A stretch of DNA of 64,000 nt. It comes from Nitrospirota bacterium. Its GTDB lineage: Bacteria > Nitrospirota > UBA9217. The notes under the pieces were generated by a model. The model saw nothing but the letters and a program-made list of their open reading frames with translations. It searched no databases and was not told the origin of the DNA. Location of the stretch: contig CAVUCU010000005.1 of assembly GCA_963740085.1 (NCBI GenBank), positions 1 to 64,000 of the forward strand, read 5' to 3'. Below, piece after piece: positions 22,182 through 31,049 of this stretch. A program made the translations under genes and the position numbers. Every line of letters begins with the position of its first letter. The first letter of the stretch is position 1.

Positions 22182-22298
22182 TTTAACCGCAGAACCGCAG
22201 TAGCCTTCAAAAGAAAAGCGGCCACTTAGGGAAGCACACTGAGAAAACCAAATCAGTTTTATGGTTTTATTCTTCGCGTCTCCGCGTCTCGGCGGTGG
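22182..22298 (+). repeat. Palindromic MITE-like element, family A copy 2
   Basis: tttaaccgcaga...cagtagccttcaaaagaaaagcggccacttagg...ctccgcgtctcggcggtgga; inverted relative to copy 1. Confidence 0.7.
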
Positions 22299-22326
22299 AT
22301 TTTGACTTCTTAGGAATGCATCATCG

Positions 22327-23697
22327 TTACCCTACCACGTTATATTCCCGTACGCGGTACTGTGCCCCGAGTTCTTCAGCGATCCTGCGGCAGGCCTCGA
22401 CATCCACACCCGGCGCGGAGACCACGGTAGCGGTTACCTCGGGGATATACCGCTTCGCCTCGCGGATAAATTCCTTGACCGCTTCATAGGTCGGGGCGCC
22501 GAACTGGGGCTGTGAAAGCTTCTCGTAGACCTCGGCGTTCTGGGCATTCAGGCTCACGCTCACGGCGTCCACAAGACCGGCCAGCTCGGGCAGCACGTTC
22601 CGCTTGTGTATGAGGTTCGCATGGCCGTTCGTATCGACGCGCACCCTGCCGCCGCGCCGCTTTACCGCTGCTGCCACGGCCTTGACCACGTCGAGACGGA
22701 TAAGCGGCTCGCCGTATCCGCAAAACACGACCTCGTCATATCGCTTCGGGTCTCCGATCTCCTTGATGAGGTCGTCCGCCGAGGGCTCCTTGCGCAACCG
22801 AAGATTGTGCCCCTTCACAAAATCGGTGTGATAGCGCACGCAGAACGTGCAGGCCGCGGTGCACCGGTTCGTGATGTTGAGATAGAGCGAGTTCCGTATG
22901 GGATAGGTTATCTGGCCGCGATCGGGTATCGTGCCGATGCCGAAGAGCTGCATGGCATTGAAGCTCGTGATCCTGGCGACGTCGTCGAGGGTGAGCCCCT
23001 TGATCTTCGCGACGGCCTCGGCCGTATGGCGCACGAAGGCGGGCTCGTTTCTCTTGCCGCGCATCGGAACGGGAGAAAGATAGGGGGCGTCCGTTTCGAC
23101 CAGCAGGTGCTCGATCGGGACCTGGCGCACGACCTCTCGCAGGGCCTCCGCCTTGGGAAAGGTGACCGGTCCGGCAATGGAGATCAGGAACCCCATCCCG
23201 ATGAAGGTTTTCGCCAGCTCCACATCGCCGGAAAAGCAGTGCATGACGCCGCCGAGCCCGGGCGCCCATTCTTCCTTCAGGATCTGGAGCATATCCTCAT
23301 GGGCCTCGCGGTCGTGAACGATAATGGGGAGCTTGAGCTCGCGCGCTTCGTGCAGCATGTCCCGGAATTTTCTTTTCTGGTCCGTGCGGAGCGAATGCTC
23401 GTAATGATAGTCGAGCCCGATCTCGCCGTAGGCCACGACCTTCTTGTGCTGCGCAAAGTGCCTGATGATCTCGAAGGCGGGATGAAGGATGTCCCTCACC
23501 TCGTGGGGGTGGATGCCGATGGCTGCGTAGATGAATTCGTACTTGTCCGCAAGCATCACCGCGTCACGGCAGGACTCGACCGTCGTGCCGATGGTCACGA
23601 TATACTCGACGCCCGCCTCGCGCGCCCGCTTGATCACGTCATCGCGGTCTTCATTGAATTCGCGCATCTCGAGATGCGCGTGGGTGTCTATCAACAC
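22327..23697 (-). CDS. tatD: TatD nuclease fused to a TatD-associated radical SAM domain
   Basis: IDTHAHL, GIHPH, GEIGLDY, HDREAH and ETDAPY, followed by LYLNITNRCTAACTFC and VFCGYGEP. Confidence 0.92.
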   Translation of the reverse strand: MLIDTHAHLEMREFNEDRDDVIKRAREAGVEYIVTIGTTVESCRDAVMLADKYEFIYAAIGIHPHEVRDILHPAFEIIRHFAQHKKVVAYGEIGLDYHYEHSLRTDQKRKFRDMLHEARELKLPIIVHDREAHEDMLQILKEEWAPGLGGVMHCFSGDVELAKTFIGMGFLISIAGPVTFPKAEALREVVRQVPIEHLLVETDAPYLSPVPMRGKRNEPAFVRHTAEAVAKIKGLTLDDVARITSFNAMQLFGIGTIPDRGQITYPIRNSLYLNITNRCTAACTFCVRYHTDFVKGHNLRLRKEPSADDLIKEIGDPKRYDEVVFCGYGEPLIRLDVVKAVAAAVKRRGGRVRVDTNGHANLIHKRNVLPELAGLVDAVSVSLNAQNAEVYEKLSQPQFGAPTYEAVKEFIREAKRYIPEVTATVVSAPGVDVEACRRIAEELGAQYRVREYNVVG

Positions 23698-23703
23698 TCC
23701 TGA

Positions 23704-23852
23704 CTCCTGACCCGGACAAGCCGGAACCGAAAGGGCGTCTCTCGCAGAGCACGCAAAGGACGCAGATTAAAAATTAAAGCCTTTGGTCCCGGTTTTAACC
23801 CAGAACATTTCTTAGACTTTTCTCCGCGAACTCAGCGTCTCTGCGAGAAAAT
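23704..23852. repeat. MITE-like element, family B copy 1
   Basis: TCTCGCAGAG/CTCTGCGAGA inverted repeat; aligns inverted with about 58712-58841, including an exact 25-mer. Confidence 0.75.
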
Positions 23853-23883
23853 TTCCCGCCGTTACTACCGCATTTCAGGTTGG

Positions 23884-25848
23884 CTACTTCACCCTGCTTC
23901 CCGTTTTCGTCTCCCGGTCGAACGTGGCCACGGCAAGCAGGTCCCCGCTGCTTGCGGCGAGCAGCATGCCCTGCGACTCGATGCCCATGAGCTTGGCGGG
24001 CTTCAGGTTCGCCACGATCACGATGGACTTGCCCATAAGTTCCTCGGGGCTGTAGCTCTTCCCGATGCCGGCAACCACCTGGCGGGTCTCAGTGCCGATG
24101 TCCACTTGGAGCTTTATCAGCTTCGCTGATTTCTCCACGCGCTCGGCGGTAATGATCTTGCCGACCCTGAGGTCGACCTTCATGAAATCCTCTATCCCGA
24201 TGGGCTCCGGCCCGGCTGCTGAAGGCTGTGGCGCGGATTGCTTTACTTCGTCTGCCGTCTTTTCCATCTTTTTCTCCGTGTTCTTGCCCCCGTCTATCCT
24301 GGGAAATAGTTGCGCGCCGGGCTGAATGGCAGTGCCGGGCGTTAACGTTCCCCATTGCCGTTCATCGTTCAATCGGCACGTGTCGATCTGCTTGTTCATG
24401 CCAAGCGCGTTCCATATCTTCTGCGAGGTCGACGGCATCACCGGGTAGAGGTACAGCCCGATCAGCCTGAGCGACTCTGAAAGATTATAGAGCACGCTCC
24501 CGAGCCTCTCCATGTCCTTGTTCTTTGCCAGCGTCCAGGGCGCGTTCTCTTCCACGTAGCGGTTCGCGCGCGTCACGAGCGACCACACCTCCTGCAGATA
24601 TCTGGTGAACGAGAGCGAAGACAGGTTTTCATCGATCCTGAACAGGATCGGCCCGGCGGTCTCGCGCAGGTCCTGGTCGAACGGCTGTTCGATCCCGACA
24701 GCCGGTATCTTTCCCTCAAAATACTTCCCGATCATCGTCAGGACGCGCGAGAGCAGGTTCCCCAGGTCGTTCGCCAGTTCGGTGTTGAAGCGCGTAACAA
24801 AGGTCTCTTTCGAAAAATCGCCGTCCAGGCCGAAGGGCACTTCCCGCAGCACAAAATAGCGAAACGCGTCGACGCCGTAGGCATCGACGACCTCGTGCGG
24901 GTCGATCACATTCCCGAGCGACTTCGACATCTTTTTGCCGTCCTGTGTCCACCAGCCATGGGCAAAGATGTTCCCCGGAAGCGGCAGCCCGAGTCCCATC
25001 AGCATCGTGGACCAGTACACGCTGTGGGTCGTGAGAATGTCCTTGCCGACCAGGTGGTGGTCCGCGGGCCACCAGAATTTTTCCCTCGCACCCGGGTCCG
25101 TCGAGCCTTGTGCCGGAGGGCTCAGATACCGCGTGGCTGAATAGTAATTCACGAGAGCGTCGAACCAGACATAGGTGACAAAATCATGATCGAACGGCAG
25201 TTCAATGCCCCAGGCAAGCCGCGCCTTGGGCCGCGAGATACAAAGGTCTCCCAGGGTCTGCGATCTCAGGAACCCGAGCACCTCATTGCGCCGGGAGTCG
25301 GGCCGGATATAGTCCGGGTTCTGTTCGATGTGCGCGATTAGGGGTTCCTGATATTTGCTCATCAGGAAAAAATAGTTGCTTTCAGAGATGCGCTCCACCG
25401 GCCTGCCGCAATCCGGGCACTTGCCTTCCACGATCTCCTTCTCGGTCCAGAATCGCTCATCGGGCGTGCAATACCAGCCTTCATAGGTCCGTTGTTCCAG
25501 CTCGCCCTTGTCAAAGAGCTTCTGGAGCAATTCCTGCACCACGGAGATATGGTCCTTATCGGTCGTACGGATGAAGGCATCGTTGGTGATCTCGAGCTTC
25601 TTCCAGAGCTGCTGGAAGTTCACGGTCATGCTGTCCGCGTGCGCCTTTGGGGTAAGCCCGCGCTCCTGCGCCGCCTTTGCCACCTTCTGGCCGTGCTCGT
25701 CCGTGCCTGTGAGAAAGAACACGGCATCGCCCCTGAGCCGATGGTAGCGCGCAAGCACGTCCGCCGCGATCGTTGTGTAGGCGTGCCCGATATGCGGCAC
25801 GTCGTTCACGTAATAGATGGGAGTGGTGATGTAGAATTTTCTGGCCAT
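23884..25848 (-). CDS. metG: Methionyl-tRNA synthetase with C-terminal tRNA-binding domain
   Basis: PHIGHAY, YVWFDAL, KMSKS and a C-terminal OB-fold (ESQGMLL). Confidence 0.98.
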   Translation of the reverse strand: MARKFYITTPIYYVNDVPHIGHAYTTIAADVLARYHRLRGDAVFFLTGTDEHGQKVAKAAQERGLTPKAHADSMTVNFQQLWKKLEITNDAFIRTTDKDHISVVQELLQKLFDKGELEQRTYEGWYCTPDERFWTEKEIVEGKCPDCGRPVERISESNYFFLMSKYQEPLIAHIEQNPDYIRPDSRRNEVLGFLRSQTLGDLCISRPKARLAWGIELPFDHDFVTYVWFDALVNYYSATRYLSPPAQGSTDPGAREKFWWPADHHLVGKDILTTHSVYWSTMLMGLGLPLPGNIFAHGWWTQDGKKMSKSLGNVIDPHEVVDAYGVDAFRYFVLREVPFGLDGDFSKETFVTRFNTELANDLGNLLSRVLTMIGKYFEGKIPAVGIEQPFDQDLRETAGPILFRIDENLSSLSFTRYLQEVWSLVTRANRYVEENAPWTLAKNKDMERLGSVLYNLSESLRLIGLYLYPVMPSTSQKIWNALGMNKQIDTCRLNDERQWGTLTPGTAIQPGAQLFPRIDGGKNTEKKMEKTADEVKQSAPQPSAAGPEPIGIEDFMKVDLRVGKIITAERVEKSAKLIKLQVDIGTETRQVVAGIGKSYSPEELMGKSIVIVANLKPAKLMGIESQGMLLAASSGDLLAVATFDRETKTGSRVK

Positions 25849-25919
25849 ATGTTCGTTATTCGGAATGTATCCTTACTCGTGCGCAATTGGGGAAAATTTC
25901 CCTGACCCCTGGCCCCGCC

Positions 25920-27173
25920 TTAAGCGCTCCCCGGCCCCTGCGGCGGCTTGTTCTCGCCCTGCTGCGGCCCCTTCTTTTTCTTGCGCCAGAACTTGCGTCT
26001 TTTCTTTCTTGCGGACGCGGTTCCTTCCTGCGGAGGCTGTTGCGCGTTCTGGTTCTGCTGCTGCGGTGCGTTCTGGTTCTGCTGCTGCGACGGCTGAGCG
26101 TCCCGTTCCTGCTGCTGCGGCTGCTGCTTTTCCGGTTTCGGATGCTGCTTTTCCCTTGACGGTTCCGGTCTCGGCTGCCTCGCCTTCTTTTCCTGCTGCT
26201 GGTCTTTCTTTCTTTCGGTCCTAGCGCCACCCTTCTGGCCGCCTTCCCGCTGTTTGTCGCGCCGCTGATCCTGCTGTTTGCGGTCCTCCTGGCGTCTTTT
26301 TTCCTCTTCGGCCCGGCTCTCGTCGGCCTCTTTCCGTACTTCGGTGATCCGCAGTTCCTCTTCGACCCTCTTTTCAGCGGCCGCGGCCTCGCGCATGCCT
26401 GCGAGGTCCTTCTTGTTCTCATCGTACATCCCGAACTCATAGGATAAACAGCAGAGCAGCCTGCCGCAGACCCCGGAGATCTTGGCCGGGTTCAATATCA
26501 TTTCCTGTTTTTTGGCCATCCGGATCGATACCGGCTCGAAGTTCTTCAGGAACGACGAACAACAAAGCTCCCTGCCGCAGGGACCGAAACCGCCGATCAT
26601 CCGCGCGACATCCCGGACGCCGATCTGGCGCATCTCGATCCTGCTCTTGAGCTTGTGCGCCAGGTCCTTTACCAGCTCGCGGAAGTCCACCCTGGTCTCG
26701 GAGAAAAAGAAAAAGGTGGCACGCGATGCGTCAAAGGAATATTCCACGCGGATGAGCCTCATCGGCAGTTCCCGCTCGGAGATCATGGCCTGCGCAATTC
26801 CGAACGCCTCGGCTTCGCGCACGCGGTTCTTCTTTTCCCGTGCCAGGTCCTCTTCCGTTGCCTTGCGAAGGACCTTCTTAAGACCTCGTGACGGTTTGAA
26901 TGCGGGAGGAGAAGATGCGGTTGCGGCCGGAGGAAGATCCTCCTCGCCATCGATCGACGTTTCTTCTTCCTGCTCAACCCGAAGTGACGATTCCACGGCG
27001 GCCGGCTGTTGAGATCTCCTCAGGCGGACCACCTGGGCAACATCCAGGCCGCGGTCGGAGTCAATGATCACCTTGTCGCCCACTGCAACCTCAATGTCCG
27101 TTGCGTCGAAATCGTACACCTTCCAATTTTCATGAAAACGTACGCCGGCTATCCTTATCATCGTGTCTATCAT
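25920..27173 (-). CDS. PSP1/RicT (YaaT) family protein with Q/K/R-rich C-terminal tail
   Basis: RVDFRELVKDL, RIEMRQIGVRD, GPCGRELCC and CGRLLCCL; tmk-holB-PSP1-metG synteny. Confidence 0.92.
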   Translation of the reverse strand: MIDTMIRIAGVRFHENWKVYDFDATDIEVAVGDKVIIDSDRGLDVAQVVRLRRSQQPAAVESSLRVEQEEETSIDGEEDLPPAATASSPPAFKPSRGLKKVLRKATEEDLAREKKNRVREAEAFGIAQAMISERELPMRLIRVEYSFDASRATFFFFSETRVDFRELVKDLAHKLKSRIEMRQIGVRDVARMIGGFGPCGRELCCSSFLKNFEPVSIRMAKKQEMILNPAKISGVCGRLLCCLSYEFGMYDENKKDLAGMREAAAAEKRVEEELRITEVRKEADESRAEEEKRRQEDRKQQDQRRDKQREGGQKGGARTERKKDQQQEKKARQPRPEPSREKQHPKPEKQQPQQQERDAQPSQQQNQNAPQQQNQNAQQPPQEGTASARKKRRKFWRKKKKGPQQGENKPPQGPGSA

Positions 27174-27238
27174 CGCTCTTCTCTGTCCTGCCTTCTGTAT
27201 TCCGGCTCCTGACTCCTGACTTCTGACCGCTTATCCTG

Positions 27239-28219
27239 TCATCCTCTCCCTAACTTGAGGAGAAGGTTCTCCGCCACAAGCTGGGCGCTCACCCGCCGGT
27301 CCAGCAGGTCCCGGCTCGCCATGAAAAGCCCCATGTCCGCCAGTAGCCGGGGAACCGAATCCCGGTCGGCCATCTGACGGGAAAGCTGTTGCGCCTCTGC
27401 ATGGACGAGCAGTCTCTGTTCACCGGTCTCACGGTATACCAGCGCGTCCCGGATCTCTTCGACGCCGATCTCGATCAATCGTTCGAGCCGTTCACGGTCC
27501 TTCGCAAGCGTTTCCGCCAGCGCAAGCACCTCCCCGGGACCCATCTGCGCCAACCCGGACCGGAGCGTCGCGACCTCATCCCGGGCGGTCTTTTCCTGAG
27601 CTATGTCCATCTCGAGTCCGCGGCCCATGCTTCCCTGCGCAAGCGCCGCGATAAACCATGCGTCTTCTTCGGAAAGTCCGCGCATACGCACGAGCGCCCG
27701 GGCGAGGGTGTTGCGGGGAAGCGGATGGAACGTGATCTCCTGGCACCGCGAACGGATCGTGGGAAGAAGACCCTGCGGCATCGCGGTTATCAGAATGATG
27801 AGCGCGTCGCCGGGGGGTTCCTCGAGTGTTTTCAGGAACGCGTTCGATGATGCCGCATTCATGCTCTCGGCATTATCAACGATCAGGACCTTCTTCGTTC
27901 CCTCGAATGGCTTGAGTGCGAAGTCGGACTGCACCTGCCTGATCTGGTCGATCTTTATCTCATCGCCGTCCGGGAGCAGCACGTGCACGTCCGGATGGCC
28001 GAGCGTGTCGACCTTGCGGCATGAAGGGCACTCGCCGCACCCGCCCTCCGGCCGCGCATTCAGGCAGTTCACCGCAGCGGCAAGAGCAAAGGCCGTCTTC
28101 TTTTTGCCGATCCCCGCCTGGCCCGAGAACAGGTAGGCATGGGCAAGGGCGTTGTTCGAGATCGCCCGTTGCAGGATCCGGATGGATTTTTCATGCCCTT
28201 CAATGGTGGCAAATTTCAT
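27239..28219 (-). CDS. holB: DNA polymerase III delta' subunit
   Basis: HAYLFSG..GIGK, CGECPSC, HPDV, NAFLKTLEEP and TIRSRCQ. Confidence 0.95.
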   Translation of the reverse strand: MKFATIEGHEKSIRILQRAISNNALAHAYLFSGQAGIGKKKTAFALAAAVNCLNARPEGGCGECPSCRKVDTLGHPDVHVLLPDGDEIKIDQIRQVQSDFALKPFEGTKKVLIVDNAESMNAASSNAFLKTLEEPPGDALIILITAMPQGLLPTIRSRCQEITFHPLPRNTLARALVRMRGLSEEDAWFIAALAQGSMGRGLEMDIAQEKTARDEVATLRSGLAQMGPGEVLALAETLAKDRERLERLIEIGVEEIRDALVYRETGEQRLLVHAEAQQLSRQMADRDSVPRLLADMGLFMASRDLLDRRVSAQLVAENLLLKLGRG

Positions 28220-28423
28220 AATAGAAAAACTCAAGCGTGTTGCAAATTATTATTCGGAAACGGCATTCGGCAAAAAAATAAATGCTCAGAAGTCACGAAG
28301 AATAAGAAAACGAGCGTGAACTGAAAAACAGGGATCACACTATTGGTGAGGCTTTCGCCAGCATCAGTATTTGATTTGTTTTGTGATCTCTGTGCCTTTT
28401 GCGGCTGACCGCCATATTCAGGA

Positions 28424-29068
28424 TCATCCGATTCGCAGCCTCTCGTCAAGGATCTTCCTGACCTTTGCCTGGATCTCTTCGGGCGATGACGACGCGTCCA
28501 CAACACGGATGCGGTCCGGTTCCTGCGCTACCAGAGTCAGATATCCCTGCCTTACCCGCTCGTGAAAAGCAAGCTCCTCGTTCTCGAATCTCGCCTCCGC
28601 TTCAAGTCCGCGGCTGTTGTTCCTCCCGCGCGCACGCGCGATACCCGAGGCTGCCTCGATGTCAAAAAGGAGGGTAAGGTCCGGACGCATCCCCGCGGTT
28701 ACGATCCGGTCGAGAGTGTGGATCATCCCGATATCCAGCCCTCTCCCGTACCCCTGATAAGCAAGCGTGGCGTCCGAGAACCGGTCGCAAAGAACATTCG
28801 TGCCGTCCGCAAGCGCGGGCATGATGATCTCATGCAGATGCTGGGCCCTGCTGGCGGCATACAGGAGGAGTTCCGCTGCGGGATCAAGCGATCTGTTCGC
28901 CGGGTCAAGAAGGATTTTTCTTACCTGGTCGCCGATCAGCGTCCCGCCCGGCTCCCGGGTGAGTACGTGCCGCACCCCTCTGGCGGTAAGATAGTTCGCG
29001 AGCAACGCGATCTGAGTGGACTTGCCGGAACCTTCGATGCCCTCGAAGGTGATGAACGTTCCCTTCAT
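28424..29068 (-). CDS. tmk: Thymidylate kinase
   Basis: FITFEGIEGSGKST, TREPGGT and CDRF...AYQGYGRG. Confidence 0.98.
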   Translation of the reverse strand: MKGTFITFEGIEGSGKSTQIALLANYLTARGVRHVLTREPGGTLIGDQVRKILLDPANRSLDPAAELLLYAASRAQHLHEIIMPALADGTNVLCDRFSDATLAYQGYGRGLDIGMIHTLDRIVTAGMRPDLTLLFDIEAASGIARARGRNNSRGLEAEARFENEELAFHERVRQGYLTLVAQEPDRIRVVDASSSPEEIQAKVRKILDERLRIG

Positions 29069-30973
29069 TTATTTGAGCTCCGCGGCGGCATCGCCCTCCG
29101 CCAGGAGCGCAGGGTTGGAAGTGAACAGGATCACCTGGGTCTTCGCACCAAGGGCACGAAGGACCTGGCACGCGGCCTTCTGCCTTCTTGGATCGAAATC
29201 CGCGAGTGCGTCGTCGAGAATGAAAGGAAATCGCAATTTTCCGGCGAGCGCCTCGACAAGGCCGGTCCTGAGACAGAAGGTGATCAGGCTCTTGGTCCCG
29301 TGGCTCAATTCCGAGTAGGCCACCACCGAGTCGTCTTTGGCATGCACGATCGGATCGCCTTCCTGTCCGGCCTCGAGCCTTACATACTTGCCCGCGGTAA
29401 CTGCAACCAGGTTCCTCTGGGCCGCCGCCTCAACCGCCGGGACAAGTGTCTCCATCTCGATCCCTCCGACCCTGCTTGCAATGCCGAGTTCCGCAAGGAA
29501 CCCACCTTGACTGCCGCCTGCGGGAAAATCCGCAAAGTCAGTGGGCAGCTCCTGCGCTTCAGCTCCGAAATCCCACGAAACCCCTGCGGAAGCAGCGGAA
29601 GTCTCGGAGTCCAGCCGTTCAATATCCTGCCGTATACTGTAAGTGTCTATGTTATTCCGGGCGAGTGCCTGAGCCGCCTTTTCCAGTTCCACGGCCTCCC
29701 GCTGCTGTTGCTCGCGCTGCTGCTGCAGCATTTCCGGGGTAAGGTCTCCAAGAATGCGCTGTTGCTGTTCTTCAAGGTCGGGCTTCAGGGAAAGAAAATA
29801 GCGGAAGTTCTCGGCCTTTTCCTTGAGCTCCGACAGCGATGAAGCCCCGGTCGAACGCATACAGGCCGTTACGGTCGCCCCTTCCTGTTGAAAGCGTTTT
29901 TCAAGTTCGGCGATCTCTTGTTTCAGGTGTTCTTCTTCCTTCAGATATTTTCTGCGCTTCACTTCCTTCCGGGAAATGTTATACCACGCGACCGCCATCA
30001 CCGCGAGCGACAGAAGGACCCCGCCTGACAGGATGTAATAGGCCACGTCCCCAGTGAGCACGAACCCCCCGATAATGACCGATAGAACTCCCAGGGCGCC
30101 GCCGGTGATGAAAAACTTGTCGGAAATAAGGTCGACTGCCGGGACTGCCGCCTGCTGCATCTTCAGCCCTTCGATCTGTTTGTTTAACTCATCGGCATCG
30201 GCCAGTTTTTGGCCCAGACGCCTCTCCTGGTCCTCGATTAGCGCGGCAAGGTCGTCGGGCATATCCCGGTACGCCGCGAGCGCTTCAAGCGATGAATCCA
30301 GCTCCGCCTTTTTCCGACCGATCTCCTCGAGGGAGATGATTTTTTTTCCGGTCTCTTCCAGCGCAAGTTTGACGGCCTGGTACTTGTACTCTGCATCCGC
30401 TGCCTCCTCCGCCTTGCGAAGGGACTCACGAAGTTCGGCAAGCCTTTCCTTATTTCCGGAGGACTTCCCCCCCGCTGGTGGAACAGGCTCACTCGGCGCC
30501 GGCCGCGACACTGCGGTCGAAGCGAACGTTCCCGACCGGGCCGCATGGTGCTCCCGCTGAAATACAAAAATTCTGGAGAAATCCTCTTCGCTCATCCCAT
30601 CTGTCGCTCCGGCCATAAACTGCGCCGCGTTTTCCCAGTCCTTGTGCAGAAGGGTGAAATCCTTGCTTGTCGCATTGTATCGCGCAAGGTTCACGGCGCG
30701 TTTTGAAAAATCCTGGATGATCCGGTAGTAGGCATTGTCGGCGGTACCTACGACGAGTGCTGCGCGCGATGCGTTGGGCGTGTGCCGGGATACCAGAAGG
30801 TCAAGGGCACCGGCCTGAGAAGTAGGAAAAAGCATGCGCTGCATGGCGTCCACGGCCGTGGTCTTTCCCGACTCATTACCGGCAATGACGAGGTTGTAAC
30901 CACCCTTGAACCTCAGACGGGCAGGTTCACGAAATCCCCGCACACCCTGCAGAACAAGCTCCACCAGAAACAT
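29069..30973 (-). CDS. Rad50/SMC-like (YhaN-type) ATPase with coiled coil and two TM segments
   Basis: Walker A GNESGKT, long coiled coil with a hydrophobic hairpin, LSHGT signature and ILDD..D Walker B/D-loop; AAGGAG RBS before ATG 30973. Confidence 0.8.
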   Translation of the reverse strand: MFLVELVLQGVRGFREPARLRFKGGYNLVIAGNESGKTTAVDAMQRMLFPTSQAGALDLLVSRHTPNASRAALVVGTADNAYYRIIQDFSKRAVNLARYNATSKDFTLLHKDWENAAQFMAGATDGMSEEDFSRIFVFQREHHAARSGTFASTAVSRPAPSEPVPPAGGKSSGNKERLAELRESLRKAEEAADAEYKYQAVKLALEETGKKIISLEEIGRKKAELDSSLEALAAYRDMPDDLAALIEDQERRLGQKLADADELNKQIEGLKMQQAAVPAVDLISDKFFITGGALGVLSVIIGGFVLTGDVAYYILSGGVLLSLAVMAVAWYNISRKEVKRRKYLKEEEHLKQEIAELEKRFQQEGATVTACMRSTGASSLSELKEKAENFRYFLSLKPDLEEQQQRILGDLTPEMLQQQREQQQREAVELEKAAQALARNNIDTYSIRQDIERLDSETSAASAGVSWDFGAEAQELPTDFADFPAGGSQGGFLAELGIASRVGGIEMETLVPAVEAAAQRNLVAVTAGKYVRLEAGQEGDPIVHAKDDSVVAYSELSHGTKSLITFCLRTGLVEALAGKLRFPFILDDALADFDPRRQKAACQVLRALGAKTQVILFTSNPALLAEGDAAAELK

Positions 30974-31049
30974 GGCAAGGCTCCTTTTCTCAAATAATTT
31001 GGTACTATAACGCAAGCAGAATAAAGTTGCAACAAGGAAAACTGCTCCA

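Noticed and set aside
26030-26120. CTG/CAG-rich repeats
   Set aside because: They encode the low-complexity Gln-rich tail of the PSP1 protein (QQQNQNA twice) and are not a separate element.
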